Positions 29,297 through 42,080 are shown, numbered from the whole stretch's first letter. The stretch is 59,146 nt of DNA, filler included, from 3 parts of 3 records of this genome joined end to end with filler, not necessarily neighbours in it, one strand, 5' to 3'. Notes: a model not told the origin generated them from the letters alone. Made by a program: numbers and translations.

Positions 29297-29779
29297 TTAG
29301 TGCTGGTGTCCACCTTCACCGTGAACATGGCCGTGCTCCAGTTCTTCTTCGCTGGCATCACGCACTTCACGAATAGTCACATCAAAATTAAGATGGACGC
29401 CTGCCAGTGGGTGATTACCATCAACAGTGACGCTCTCTTCTTTAACATCAGTGACAGTCACAAGAACCGGGCCCTGTTCAGTTTCTGACTGAAACTGCAT
29501 GCCCACTTCAACGTTATCAACGCCGCTGAACAGTTCACGTGGTACATCCTGTTTCAGTTGTTCGTGGCGCTCACCATAAGCTTTGGCAGGCTCAATGCTG
29601 GCCTGAACTGCATCACCTGCTTCTTTACCCAGAAGCGCTTCTTCCAGACCAGGGATGATATTGCCGGCACCATGCAGGTAAGCCAGCGGACCCGCACCTT
29701 CCGAGCTGTCGATGACGCTACCGTCGTTATCTTTGAGTGTGTAATCGATAACAACGACTGTATTATCTGCAACTTTCAT
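29297..29779 (-). CDS. slyD: FKBP-type PPIase SlyD
   Basis: YLHGAGNIIPGLEEAL, VDGNHPLAG and His-rich tail HGHVHGEGGHQH. Confidence 0.96.
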   Translation of the reverse strand: MKVADNTVVVIDYTLKDNDGSVIDSSEGAGPLAYLHGAGNIIPGLEEALLGKEAGDAVQASIEPAKAYGERHEQLKQDVPRELFSGVDNVEVGMQFQSETEQGPVLVTVTDVKEESVTVDGNHPLAGVHLNFDVTIREVRDASEEELEHGHVHGEGGHQH

Positions 29780-30679
29780 TGAATTTCCTCTACTTGGATA
29801 TGTTTTGGATTACAGCTGCAGCTTCTTCACTACAACCGGAGGCATTGACGCTAATGGCTTCAGCCATATCACAGCAGGGCTGTGAGTTTGACACAGCGTC
29901 CGAAACACTGGCAACAACTCATTAATGGCCGCGGAAACAGCCTGGATGGTGCCATAGCCTGCCTGCTGACGATCTAATGATGACGGATTTGCCATATTTT
30001 TTCCAGCCACCCCATGCCGCAGAGGCCTCATTGGCAACACTGTTATAATTCAACACAGAATAAGACTGGGTTTCATGCTAAAGCCGAGCATTCTAACACC
30101 ATTACCCAACGACGACTAATATGAGCCAGCTGCTTCTGTTCAACAAACCCTTCAATGTGCTTACCCAGTTCACTGACAGTGAAGGCCGTCAGACTCTGAA
30201 AGACTTTATCCATATTGACGCTGTTTACCCTGCAGGCCGTTTGGACCGCGATAGTGAGGGGTTGTTATTACTGACCGATGATGGCGCTTTGCAGCAACTC
30301 ATTGCCAATCCACGTTTCAAGCTGGCTAAAACCTACTGGGTTCAGGTTGAACATATCCCTGATGAAACTGCACTGCAACAGCTGCGTGAGGGTGTCACAC
30401 TGAAAGACGGCCCTACTCTGCCTGCCGATGTCAGTCTGATCGAGCCACCAAATATCTGGTCCCGCACACCTCCCATCAGGGAGCGACAGCAGATACCGAC
30501 ACAATGGCTTTCACTGACCATTCGTGAAGGTCGCAACCGCCAGGTCCGCAGAATGACCGCCGCAGTCGGACACCCTACACTGAGGCTCATTCGCGTAGCG
30601 ATTGGGCCATGGCAACTGCAGGATCTGCAGCCCGGACAATGGCGAGCGATAGACGCGGCAGACGTGATAAAATGGCGCG

Positions 30680-31716
<1,037 letters not shown>

Positions 31717-31816
31717 NNNNNNNNNNNNNNNNNNNNNNNNNNNNNNNNNNNNNNNNNNNNTTAATTAATTAANNNNNNNNNNNNNNNNNNNNNNNNNNNN
31801 NNNNNNNNNNNNNNNN
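31717..31816. other. Artificial contig spacer
   Basis: 44 N + TTAATTAATTAA (stops in all six frames) + 44 N; base composition changes abruptly across it. Confidence 0.98.
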
Positions 31817-32619
31817 TGATGAGCCGGTTCGCGGCGTTCTCCGCCGGCGCGGCCAGTGGCAGTGACGGGTTCCTCTCCTCGCATCCCACGACCCCTGCCC
31901 GTATCGAGACGGCGATGAACACTGCCCGCTCGATGTTCGGCGCGACCGGAGTGGGGGAGTCCGACCGCGAAGGGTATCTCTCGGCCATTTCCGGGCTCAG
32001 CTTCGGCGATAGTCCGGCGCAGGGGTCGATTGTGGGGCAGCGCTTCATTCACCCGGCCAACAAGTTCACCTTCACCGTGCCGCAGGGCTACAGCCTGCAG
32101 ACCTCGCAGAGCGCCGTGGTCGGGGTGGCGGGCGATGGCGAAGCGGTGCGTTTTGACAGTGCGCAGGTGCAGCCGAGCATGTCGCTGACCGATTATCTGA
32201 AATCGGGCTGGATTGCCGGGCTGAAGGCCGAGACGGTGACGGCCAGCGAGCATAATGGCATCGAGATGGCCTCGGGCCTGGCCCAGACCGACCAATGGTT
32301 CTTCCGCGTGGCGGTGATGCGGCTCGATGGTGAGGTCTATCGCTTCATCTTTGCCGCCAAGAGCGACAGCCAGCGCTTCGCGCAAGGGGCGCAGGCGACG
32401 CTGGAAAGCTTCCGGCGCACCACTGCATCCGATCTCAGCCAGATCCGGCGGCTGACGGTCAAGCTGGTCACCGCCCGGGCGGGCGACACCGCCGACCGGC
32501 TCGCCGGGCAGATGGCCAATATCGGCAATGCGCGCGAGCTGTTCTACATCATCAACGATCTCTATCCCGGCGATCCGCTGGTGCCGGGACAGCGCTATAA
32601 GGTCGTGGCGCGGCCCTGA
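31817..32619 (+). CDS. M48 family metalloprotease, C-terminal part with LysM-like tail (5' truncated)
   Basis: FLSSHP..PARI, FGDSPAQG and C-terminal GDTADRLA...INDL..GDPLVPGQRYKVV. The HExxH region would lie before the contig edge. Confidence 0.8.
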
Positions 32620-32659
32620 GCGCTGCCCTTCGGGCAGTCTTTCTGCTGGCCGCTCGCGG

Positions 32660-33067
32660 CTAGAGCAGATCGCACAGGGCGGCGATCAGGGGCTCGTCGG
32701 CTGGGGGCATGGGATAATCGCGCAGTGCCTGCGGGCGGACCCATTTGAGCGCCTTGTGCTCAGCGGTGCGCGGCGTGCCCTGCCATTTGCGGCAGACATA
32801 GAGCGGCATCAGCAGATGCATCTTCTCATAGGAATGGCTGGCAAAGGAGAGCGGCGCCAGGCACGCCTGTTTGGTTTCGATCTCCAGCTCTTCGGCCAGT
32901 TCACGGATCAGCGCGGCTTCGGGCGTTTCGCCCGGTTCGACCTTGCCGCCGGGAAATTCCCACAGACCTGCCATGGCCTTGCCCTCGGGGCGCTGGGCGA
33001 TCAGCACCCGGCGATCGGCATCTACCAGGGCACAGGCGACCACGAGCAGCAGGGGTTTGTCGGTCAC
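32660..33067 (-). CDS. mutT: 8-oxo-dGTP diphosphatase
   Basis: QRPEGKAMAGLWEFPGGKVEPGETPEAALIRELAEEL and YPMPPAD motifs; sits in the argJ cluster. Confidence 0.92.
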   Translation of the reverse strand: MTDKPLLLVVACALVDADRRVLIAQRPEGKAMAGLWEFPGGKVEPGETPEAALIRELAEELEIETKQACLAPLSFASHSYEKMHLLMPLYVCRKWQGTPRTAEHKALKWVRPQALRDYPMPPADEPLIAALCDLL

Positions 33068-33813
33068 GCGGGGCCTCCGGGAATGCGGTATGAATAATCG
33101 TATTGATGGGCAAAGCCCAGGGACGCATAGAGCGCCTTGGCGGGTGGGTTGTCGGCCTGCACATTGAGGGCGGCGATGGTGGCGCCCTCGTCCTGCGCCC
33201 AGGCAAGGCCAGTGCGCATCATGGCCGCGGCCAGACCCTGCCGGCGGCGCGCCGGATCGGTGATGACATTGCCGGTAATGACGATGCCGTTGGCAATGGC
33301 CATCAGGCCCGAGGCAACGACATCGCCGTCCCGCTCGATGACAATGCCGCAGGCCGGGACGGTCATGCTGGCAAGGAGGGCCTGCAGCTTGTGCATCTGG
33401 TCGGGCTGGTAGTGCTGCAGATTGCGTTGTGCAGAGACAAACAGCGGATCGGCCAGATCGAGAATGGTGCCGGCAGGATCGGGCTGCTGCGGGGCGAGCG
33501 GCATGGCGTAGAGGTGGCTGAGGTCGATGCGGCGCCAGTTGGCGGCATCAAGCGCCGCGGTCAGCGCGGGGCTTTCGAGAGGGGTGCTGCGCACGACCGG
33601 AGGCAGGTTGTGCCGGGTGAACCAGTCAACCGCCTCTGCCAGCCGTGTTTCGGCCTCGTGGTCGTCCGCCGGATCGAAGCATTGCAGGGAATTGGCGCGC
33701 TTGGTGTAGCCATTGGCGGCGCGGCGCACCCAGGCGCGGTCCCATTCCACATCGATGCCGGGCCAGGCCAGCAGGCCGGCCCGTTCGAAAGTTTCAACCG
33801 TGGGCAGGCTCAC
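33064..33813 (-). CDS. GNAT family N-acetyltransferase
   Basis: RRRQGLA acetyl-CoA motif, LNVQADNPPAKALYASLGF, GYTKRANS. Probable GTG start at 33813, just after the argJ stop, with a GGAG RBS. Confidence 0.88.
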   Translation of the reverse strand: MSLPTVETFERAGLLAWPGIDVEWDRAWVRRAANGYTKRANSLQCFDPADDHEAETRLAEAVDWFTRHNLPPVVRSTPLESPALTAALDAANWRRIDLSHLYAMPLAPQQPDPAGTILDLADPLFVSAQRNLQHYQPDQMHKLQALLASMTVPACGIVIERDGDVVASGLMAIANGIVITGNVITDPARRRQGLAAAMMRTGLAWAQDEGATIAALNVQADNPPAKALYASLGFAHQYDYSYRIPGGPA

Positions 33814-33814
33814 A

Positions 33815-35050
33815 TCAGCTCCGATAGTCGCCATTGATGGTGATGTAGCCGTGCGTGAGGTCACAGGTATAGACCGTGGCCGCGCCTTCGCCGAGGCCGA
33901 GGGACACGGTCAGCTCGAGCTCTTCGCCCTTCATATAGGCGCTGGTGGCGGTCTCGTCATAGCCGGTGGCGCGCTCGCCATTGCGGGCCACGACCAGGTC
34001 GCCGAAGCGGATGGCGAGCTTGTCGCGGTCGGCCGGTTCACCCGCCTTGCCCACGGCCATGACCACGCGCCCCCAATTGGCGTCCTCGCCGGCAATGGCG
34101 GTCTTAACCAGAGGCGAATCCGCAATGGATTTGGCGATGCGGAAGGCGCTTTCATCGGAAACCGCGCCTTCGACATGCACCGACACCTGCTTGGTGGCGC
34201 CTTCGCCGTCGCGGACGACGTGAATGGCGAGCTCGAACAGAACGTCGGACAAGGCCTGGCCGAAGATTTCGGCGCGCGGGTCATCCAGGCTCAGAAGCGG
34301 ATCGACACTGGCCTTGCCGGTGGCAAAGGCCAGAAGCGTATCCGAGGTCGAGGTGTCGCTATCGACGGTGATGGAATTGAAGCTGGTCTGGTTGTGCCTG
34401 ACCAACAGGGCCTGCAGCACAGCGGCGGCGATGGGCATGTCGGTGACGACAAAGCTGAGCATTGTGGCCATGTCCGGCGCGATCATGCCCGAGCCCTTGG
34501 CGATGCCGTTGATCCTGACCTCGACCCCGTCGATCTCGAGCACGGCGCCCGAAAGCTTGGGATAGGTGTCGGTGGTCATGATGGCTTTGGCCGGATCGAT
34601 CCACGGGGTGGCGGCCATGCGCGTGGCGGTTTCGTCCAGCACGCCGGAAAATTTGGAGGCGTCGAGCGGTTCACCAATCACGCCGGTGGAGGCCAGGAAA
34701 ATCTCGTCAGTCGAACAGCCCAGCGCCTTGGCGGCAAATTCGGCGGTCTGCTGCACGGAATCCTTGCCCTTGATCCCGGTAAAGGCATTGGCATTGCCCG
34801 AATTGACCACCAGGCCACGCGCCTTGCCGCCCGGCAAATTGGCGCGGCACCAGTCGACGGCGGCCGAGGAGCATTTGGAGCGGGTAAGGACGCCGGCGGC
34901 GGCGGTGCCTTCATCAAAGGCCATCAGCAGCACATCGGTGCGGTTCTTGTATTTGATGCCGGCCTCGGCGGTGGCAAAGCGCACGCCCGCGATTTCGGGC
35001 AGGTCCGGGTAGGTTTTGGGGGCGAGCGGTGAAACCGGATGGGCAGCCAT
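33815..35050 (-). CDS. argJ: Bifunctional ornithine acetyltransferase / N-acetylglutamate synthase
   Basis: [30 protein letters not shown] autocleavage site, DGEGATK and NGDYRS. Start ATG 35050. Confidence 0.97.
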   Translation of the reverse strand: MAAHPVSPLAPKTYPDLPEIAGVRFATAEAGIKYKNRTDVLLMAFDEGTAAAGVLTRSKCSSAAVDWCRANLPGGKARGLVVNSGNANAFTGIKGKDSVQQTAEFAAKALGCSTDEIFLASTGVIGEPLDASKFSGVLDETATRMAATPWIDPAKAIMTTDTYPKLSGAVLEIDGVEVRINGIAKGSGMIAPDMATMLSFVVTDMPIAAAVLQALLVRHNQTSFNSITVDSDTSTSDTLLAFATGKASVDPLLSLDDPRAEIFGQALSDVLFELAIHVVRDGEGATKQVSVHVEGAVSDESAFRIAKSIADSPLVKTAIAGEDANWGRVVMAVGKAGEPADRDKLAIRFGDLVVARNGERATGYDETATSAYMKGEELELTVSLGLGEGAATVYTCDLTHGYITINGDYRS

Positions 35051-35235
35051 GGACAGAAACCTTAAGCGGGGCAATAAGCTGACACGGGTGTGCCCCAAAG
35101 CCGCGGCAGGCGCAAGGCACGCTGAGCCACCGGACGAACGGTTTCCAATTAGCGGATACCCCACACGGCCTCCCCCTGATAGGGGGAGGAGCGCATCGCG
35201 TTTGGAACAGTTGGGCGGAAAGTCCCGCGCGGTCG

Positions 35236-37227
35236 TTACGTCCCGCTGGGATGTTCCGGCGCGGCGTGCAGAATCTGCGACTCTGTCGAGTGCGTCAAAT
35301 GCAGATAGCGTTCGAATTGCACCAGGATGTCGGCGATGATCTGGTCGCGATGCATGCCCATGATGTCGTAGCCCTTGCCGCCGCTGGAGAAGTAGGTGCG
35401 GGCTTCATAGCGCTGGTCGGGCTTGCGGCCGCCAAGTGGGGCCAGGATCGGCATGGGCTGGCTGGCCAGGCTCACCCCATAGACGAAGTCGCGCATGCCT
35501 TCGGCCGGGGCACGCAGGGCGATGGCGCCGCCCTCTTCATCGACCACTTCGGCGGGCCGGCCGCGCTCGGTGAGTTCGCCGGCAACCTGGGTCATGGCCG
35601 GGCGCACTTCCTTTTCCAGGAACTGCGTGACTTCGCGCTCGGACGGTGCGCGCAGCATGAGTCCCAGGCGCCGCTGCCAGGTGACGCCGGAGGCCGGCTG
35701 GGCCGGGGCGAAGGCGGGCGTGGCGTGGGCATCCTGCTGGGCAAGGTCGGCGCGCATGCCGATAAACAGCGCCCAGACCAGGGCCAGCATGACGAAGGTG
35801 AACGGCAGGGCGCTGGCAATGGTGGCCGATTGCAGGGCGCCCAGACCTCCGGCCAGCAAGAGGCTGGAGGCGACTACGCCTTCCATGACGCACCAGAAAA
35901 CGCGCTGGCCGGTGGTGGTGGCGGTTTCCCCGCCCGCAGCGATGGAATCGACCACCAGCGAGCCGGAGTCCGAGGAGGTGATAAAGAAGATCGCGACCAG
36001 CAGGATTGCCAAAGTCGAGGTGATGGCGGGGAAGGGCAGATAGGTGAAGAACTGGAACAGGCCCACCGACACGTCATTGGCGATGGCCGTGCCCAGTTCA
36101 CCCGCCGCGACGCCGGTATCGATAAAGATGCCGGTATTGCCGAACACGGTCATCCAGAAAAAGGTGAAACCGGCGGGGATGAACAGCACGGCGGTGATGA
36201 ATTCGCGCACGGTGCGGCCACGCGAGATGCGGGCAATGAACATGCCGACAAATGGCGACCAGGAAATCCACCAGGCCCAGTAGAACAGGGTCCAGCCGTC
36301 GACCCAGGGCGTGGGTTCATAGGCGTAGATGTTGAAGGTGCGCAGCACCAGGGTGTCGAGATAGAGCCCGAGATTCTGCACGAAGTCGCGGAACAGATCG
36401 GCGGTGGGGCCGACAAACAGCACGAAGAACATCAACAGGATTGCGACGACCAGATTGGTCTCGGACAGAATGCGCACGCCCTTGTCGAGCCCGGTGATCA
36501 CCGAAACGGTGGCGAGCGCGGTGATGACCGCGATCAGCGGCAATTGCACCATGGGGCCAATCGGCACGCCGAGCAGATAATTCAGGCCCGCATTGATCTG
36601 GGACACGCCCAGGCCCAGCGAGGTGGCGATGCCGAACATGGTGCCGACAATGGCGAAGATGTCGACGGCATGGCCGATGGGGCCGTTGATGCGTTCCTTA
36701 AGCAGCGGGTAAAGGCCCGACCGGATGGTGAGGGGCAGATTATAGCGATAGCCGAAATAGGCCAGCGACAGGCCGACCACGGCATAGATGGCCCAGGCAT
36801 GGATGCCCCAATGGAAGAAGGTGACGCTCATGGCTTCGCGCATCGCCTCGATGGTGCGCGGTTCGGCCGTCGGCGGGGCCATGAAATGGGTCATGGGTTC
36901 GCCCACCGCATAGAACATCAGGCCGATGCCCATGCCGGCGGCAAAGAGCATGGCGATCCATGAGGTGAATTTGAAATCGGGGGTGGAATCATCCGGGCCG
37001 AGCTTGAGGCGCCCATAGCGGCCCAGGCAGAACAAGAGGACAGCCACCAGGAAAATGCCGACCGAGAGCAGATAGAGCCAGCCGAAACTGGTGAGGATGT
37101 AGGATTGCAGGGCGCTGAAGAAGGAGCCGGCGCTGGCGGGAAAGATCACGCCAATGGCCAGGAAAATGGCGATGATGATCACCGAGCCGAAAAACACCGG
37201 TGGATTGATTACGAAGCTTTTGAACAT
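35236..37227 (-). CDS. betT: BCCT family choline/glycine betaine transporter with BetT-type C-terminal domain
   Basis: [55 protein letters not shown] and TSSDS motifs; long C-terminal extension. Confidence 0.9.
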   Translation of the reverse strand: MFKSFVINPPVFFGSVIIIAIFLAIGVIFPASAGSFFSALQSYILTSFGWLYLLSVGIFLVAVLLFCLGRYGRLKLGPDDSTPDFKFTSWIAMLFAAGMGIGLMFYAVGEPMTHFMAPPTAEPRTIEAMREAMSVTFFHWGIHAWAIYAVVGLSLAYFGYRYNLPLTIRSGLYPLLKERINGPIGHAVDIFAIVGTMFGIATSLGLGVSQINAGLNYLLGVPIGPMVQLPLIAVITALATVSVITGLDKGVRILSETNLVVAILLMFFVLFVGPTADLFRDFVQNLGLYLDTLVLRTFNIYAYEPTPWVDGWTLFYWAWWISWSPFVGMFIARISRGRTVREFITAVLFIPAGFTFFWMTVFGNTGIFIDTGVAAGELGTAIANDVSVGLFQFFTYLPFPAITSTLAILLVAIFFITSSDSGSLVVDSIAAGGETATTTGQRVFWCVMEGVVASSLLLAGGLGALQSATIASALPFTFVMLALVWALFIGMRADLAQQDAHATPAFAPAQPASGVTWQRRLGLMLRAPSEREVTQFLEKEVRPAMTQVAGELTERGRPAEVVDEEGGAIALRAPAEGMRDFVYGVSLASQPMPILAPLGGRKPDQRYEARTYFSSGGKGYDIMGMHRDQIIADILVQFERYLHLTHSTESQILHAAPEHPSGT

Positions 37228-37334
37228 GGCTTCCCCCTCTTGTCCCGTTTAGGAGAAGTAGAACATGGGAGGGGACGAAGTAGCAAATTGGCGGGTGACG
37301 GGGCAGGTAAGGCCCCGTCAATTTACCAACAGGA

Positions 37335-37565
37335 TCAAGCCCTAGCGGGCCTGCGGCCGGCAATAAAGGCGGAAAAGCGCTTGTTGATAAAGGGCACGAC
37401 GGCGAGGACGATGGTTGCCGACATCATCGGGACCAGGATCAGGCTGCGTTGCCAGATGTCCCAGCCATTGGTCAGGGGCATCAGCACATAGAGATAAAGG
37501 GTCACCACCGGATAGACGGCCAGGGTCATCAGAAAAGTGAGACGGAGACGGGCGGGGAGGGACAT
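37335..37565 (-). CDS. Small two-TM membrane protein
   Basis: MSLPARLRLTFLMTLAVYPVVTLYLYVLMP...LILVPMMSATIVLAVVPFINKRF; divergent from TetR. Confidence 0.7.
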   Translation of the reverse strand: MSLPARLRLTFLMTLAVYPVVTLYLYVLMPLTNGWDIWQRSLILVPMMSATIVLAVVPFINKRFSAFIAGRRPARA

Positions 37566-37582
37566 GAGCAAATTCCAATAGA

Positions 37583-37623
37583 AACGATACGTTTCGTTAT
37601 ATATCGAAACGAGCCGTATCGTT
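37583..37623. promoter_or_regulatory. Two TetR operator dyads (AACGA-N6-TCGTT)
   Basis: AACGATACGTTTCGTT (37583-37598) and AACGAGCCGTATCGTT (37608-37623); box 1 matches the reverse complement of box 2 at 14/16. Confidence 0.75.
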
Positions 37624-37665
37624 CAAGTCTTTTCTCATCACCTGTTTTGCGCCATATAGAGAGCC

Positions 37666-38292
37666 ATGAGCAGCGAGCCGGATATCAGCGTGGACAATGA
37701 CGAGACCGCCAGGCGGTCCATCGGCGCGCGGCGCAATCCGGCCAGCCAAGAGGCAATCCTGGATGCGGCGCAGGCCGTGATGCAGGAAGGCGGCATTGCC
37801 GGCTTCTCCATCGAGGCGGTGGCGCGGCGGGCGCGGGCCGGCAAGCCCACCATCTATCGCTGGTGGCCGCACCGCACCGCGCTGATGCTGGACGTGTACA
37901 AGCGCTTCAAGAATGCCCGGTCGTTTCCGGACAGCGGGAGCCTGAGGGCCGATCTCATCAGCTTTCTGGAAAACCACCTGCTGGGGTTCTGGCAGGGGAG
38001 CCTGTGCGGCACAGTTTATCGGGCGGTGGTGGCGGAAGCCCAGACCGATCCGGAAGCGGCCAAGGTGCTCAAGGCCTATCAGGCCGAGCGCATGGCCTAT
38101 TCGGCCCAGATGGTGGATCGCGCCAAGGCGCGGGGCGAAGTCCCGGCGGAGACCGATGGCGAGATGATCGTTGATCTGGTGGTGTCCTATGCCTGGCATC
38201 AATTGCTGCTAGGCCAGATCGACGAGGCCATGGCTCGGGTGCCGGCGGTGATCGATACGATCCTTGGCGGCGTGCGGGGCTATCGGGGATAG
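37666..38292 (+). CDS. TetR/AcrR family regulator
   Basis: HTH FSIEAVARRARAGKPTIYRWWP; PDSGSLRADL; RAKARGE. Confidence 0.93.
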   Translation: MSSEPDISVDNDETARRSIGARRNPASQEAILDAAQAVMQEGGIAGFSIEAVARRARAGKPTIYRWWPHRTALMLDVYKRFKNARSFPDSGSLRADLISFLENHLLGFWQGSLCGTVYRAVVAEAQTDPEAAKVLKAYQAERMAYSAQMVDRAKARGEVPAETDGEMIVDLVVSYAWHQLLLGQIDEAMARVPAVIDTILGGVRGYRG

Positions 38293-38326
38293 ACCGGCGC
38301 CGGGCCGCGTGCTTGCCGCAGGACTG

Positions 38327-38360
38327 AAAAGAAAGCCCGGCGCGATGGCCGGGCTTTTTT
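38327..38360. terminator. Bidirectional rho-independent terminator
   Basis: AAAAGAAAGCCCGGC-GCGATG-GCCGGGCTTTTTT between convergent genes. Confidence 0.88.
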
Positions 38361-38381
38361 CATGTTCGACTGGAAATGTGA

Positions 38382-39287
38382 TTACTGAGCGGGTGCCACT
38401 CCGGCGGCCGCGTTTTCGGCGGCTTCCTGGGCGTCGAACCTGGCCTTGAGGTCGGCGTCCTCGATGGTGACTTCAACACCAGCCATCAGTTCGTCCACCT
38501 GTTCGGTGAAGGTGCGCATCAGGAGCTGGTTCTGGATCTGCGGGGCGACCTGCTCGAAGGCCGGCGGGGCGGACTGGCGGGTTTCGTCCAGACGAATGAT
38601 GTGCCAGCCGAACTGGGACTGGACGGGCGCGGAGATGGCGCCTTCTTCCAGCGCAAAGGCGGCTTCCTCGAAGGGCTGCACCATCATGCCGCGGCCGAAG
38701 AAGCCCAGATCGCCGCCATTGGCCGCGCCGGGGTCGATCGAGTGCTCGCGGGCCAGGGTGGCGAAATCGGCGCCGCCATCGAGTTCGGCCTTGAGGCTGT
38801 TGGCCTCCTCTTCGCTCTCGACCAGAATGTGGCTGGCGCGGACTTCATCGACCGGCTCGAACTGTTCGACAAAGGCGTCATACTCGGCCTGGATGGCCTC
38901 GTCAGTCACCGAAGCGGCGATGGCCTCGGCGAAATAGGCGCGGCGAAGGGCGCGTTCTTCGAGATAATCACGGCGCTGGGCAAAAATTTCGGTCTGGTCC
39001 ATGCCGGCCTCGCGGGCGGCGGCGGACATCACCTTCATGTCAATCAGAATGCGCACGAGGAAGGCGCGGCGCTCCTCGGGCGGCATTTGCGAGAGCTCCT
39101 GGGCCATGTCCTCGGCGGCAAAGCCCAGATCGCCCTCGGTGATGGTTTCATCGCCAACGGTGGCCACAATGGCCGTGGGATCGACGGGTGCTGCGGCGTC
39201 CTGCGCCAGGGCGCCAAGGGCCGGGGCGGCAGTCAAAAGGACGGCGAGGCTGGCGGCGCGCAGCAGGCGCTGGGGGGTAAAGGACAT
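38382..39287 (-). CDS. Exported parvulin-type PPIase (PrsA/PpiC-like)
   Basis: Signal peptide (ALA-Q); VRASHILV, NGGDLGFF, MVQPFE and QFGWHII motifs. Start ATG 39287; divergent from secA. Confidence 0.93.
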   Translation of the reverse strand: MSFTPQRLLRAASLAVLLTAAPALGALAQDAAAPVDPTAIVATVGDETITEGDLGFAAEDMAQELSQMPPEERRAFLVRILIDMKVMSAAAREAGMDQTEIFAQRRDYLEERALRRAYFAEAIAASVTDEAIQAEYDAFVEQFEPVDEVRASHILVESEEEANSLKAELDGGADFATLAREHSIDPGAANGGDLGFFGRGMMVQPFEEAAFALEEGAISAPVQSQFGWHIIRLDETRQSAPPAFEQVAPQIQNQLLMRTFTEQVDELMAGVEVTIEDADLKARFDAQEAAENAAAGVAPAQ

Positions 39288-39479
39288 GGGAATCTCGTGT
39301 CTCCTTGGCGGGCCTGCAATGGGCATGGCCAGCATGGTCAGAATTTTTCGGCTTCCCGCTCGCATGGCAAGGGGGCCAAAATGTGCCGGACGGAGCCGCG
39401 ATCACCCAAGTGTCATCGGGGGACGCTTGTCGCCCGCCTGGCCGCACGGGTGCCGAAGGTGTGGCCCATTTCCGATACG

Positions 39480-39508
39480 TTGACAAGCCTGACACCCACT
39501 CTTACATC
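39480..39508 (+). promoter_or_regulatory. Candidate secA promoter
   Basis: TTGACA (39480-39485), 17 nt, TACATC (39503-39508). Confidence 0.5.
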
Positions 39509-39708
39509 TCAGCCGCTTTTCATTGAGCATGGGACCGCCAGAAGCGCCCGAAAAGCGAGGCTGGTACCATGCGCGTAATCCGCAAGAGGGAACCGAGAAG
39601 GGTTCCCCAAGTTGTGACGAGGCGAAACGGGGCCCGCTAGCGCCCGCATTTATTGCAGGCCGCCCGCTCCACCAGCCCCGCCGCTCACAAACAAAGGACC
39701 TTAAAACA

Positions 39709-40827
39709 ATGGCACTTGCTGCGCTTGCCCGAAAATTCTTCGGGACGACCTCAGACAGGCAGGTCAAGCGGTACCAGGGGAAGGTCGCAGCGATCAATGC
39801 GCTGGAGCCGGAGCTGGCCAAGCTCAGCGACGACGACCTCAAGGCGCGCACGGCCGAATTCAAGGCCCAGCTCGAACAGGGCGCCAAGCTTGAAGATCTG
39901 ATCGTGCCGGCCTTTGCCACGGTGCGCGAGGCGTCCAAGCGCGTCCTGGGCATGCGGCATTTCGACGTGCAGCTGATCGGCGGCATGGTGATGAATGACC
40001 GCTCGATTGCCGAGATGCGCACCGGTGAAGGCAAGACGCTGGTGGCCACGCTGCCGCTCTATCTCAATGCGCTGACCGGCAAGGGCGCGCATCTGGTGAC
40101 GGTCAATGACTATCTGGTGCGGCGCGACGCGGCCTGGATGGGCCAGATCTATAATTTCCTGGGCCTCAGCTATGGCGTGATCGTGCATGGATTGACCGAT
40201 GCCGAGCGCAAGGCCGCCTACGCTGCCGACATTACCTATGGCACCAATAACGAGCTCGGCTTCGATTATCTGCGCGACAACATGAAATATACCCGCGCCC
40301 AGATGGTGCAGCGCGGGCATGAGTTTGCCATTGTCGACGAGGTGGACTCGATCCTGGTCGATGAGGCGCGCACGCCGCTGATCATTTCGGGCCCCTCGGA
40401 AGACCGTTCCGAGCTTTATGTGAAGATCGACAAGCTGATCGAGGTGATCGGCGAGGGCGACTACGAACTTGACGAAAAGCATCGCGCTGCGACCTTTACC
40501 GACCAGGGCGTGGAAAAGCTCGAGGCGGCGCTGCGCGAGGCGGAGCTGCTGCGCGGCGAGTCCATGTATGACGTGGAAAACGTCGCGCTGGTGCACCATG
40601 CCAATTCGGCCCTGCGCGCCCACAAGCTGTTCCGCAAGGACAAGGACTATATCGTCCGCGATACGCCGGAAGGCGGGGAAGTGGTCATCATTGACGAGTT
40701 CTCCGGCCGCATGATGCCGGGCCGCCGCTATTCGGAAGGCCTGCACCAGGCGCTCGAAGCCAAGGAACAGGTCAAGATCCAGGCCGAGAACCAGACGCTG
40801 GCCTCGATCACCTTCCAGAATTATTTC
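39709..40827 (+). CDS. secA: Preprotein translocase ATPase SecA (3' truncated)
   Basis: [40 protein letters not shown] and [14 protein letters not shown] motifs; ATG 39709 after AAGGA. Confidence 0.98.
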
Positions 40828-40927
40828 NNNNNNNNNNNNNNNNNNNNNNNNNNNNNNNNNNNNNNNNNNNNTTAATTAATTAANNNNNNNNNNNNNNNNN
40901 NNNNNNNNNNNNNNNNNNNNNNNNNNN
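40828..40927. other. Artificial contig spacer
   Basis: 44 N + TTAATTAATTAA + 44 N. Confidence 0.98.
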
Positions 40928-42014
<1,087 letters not shown>

Positions 42015-42080
42015 TCCTCGCCTTGCTCCCCCGAGGCTCCCGGCTTTGATATAAAGCCAACAAGCTTCGAGACATCCCCG

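Noticed and set aside
29780..30120. 76-aa ORF (29810-30040, -) or an ncRNA in the slyD-rluE gap
   Set aside because: No recognisable motif or convincing structure. A TAATGATGAC segment recalls the fluoride riboswitch, but the 5' GGCGATGG stem is absent. Left uncalled.
31761..31772. TTAATTAATTAA as a biological palindrome (also 40872-40883)
   Set aside because: Synthetic six-frame-stop linker inside N padding; ORFs running into it are artefacts.
33713..36963. Long antisense ORFs 33713-35032 (439 aa) and 35251-36963 (570 aa)
   Set aside because: Shadow frames of argJ and betT, expected from high-GC codon bias.
39523..39708. 62-aa N-terminal extension of SecA acting as a fused SecM-like arrest peptide
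   Set aside because: SecA-like sequence begins at ATG 39709, which has its own RBS; the extension has no signal peptide and no RAGP/RAPP motif.
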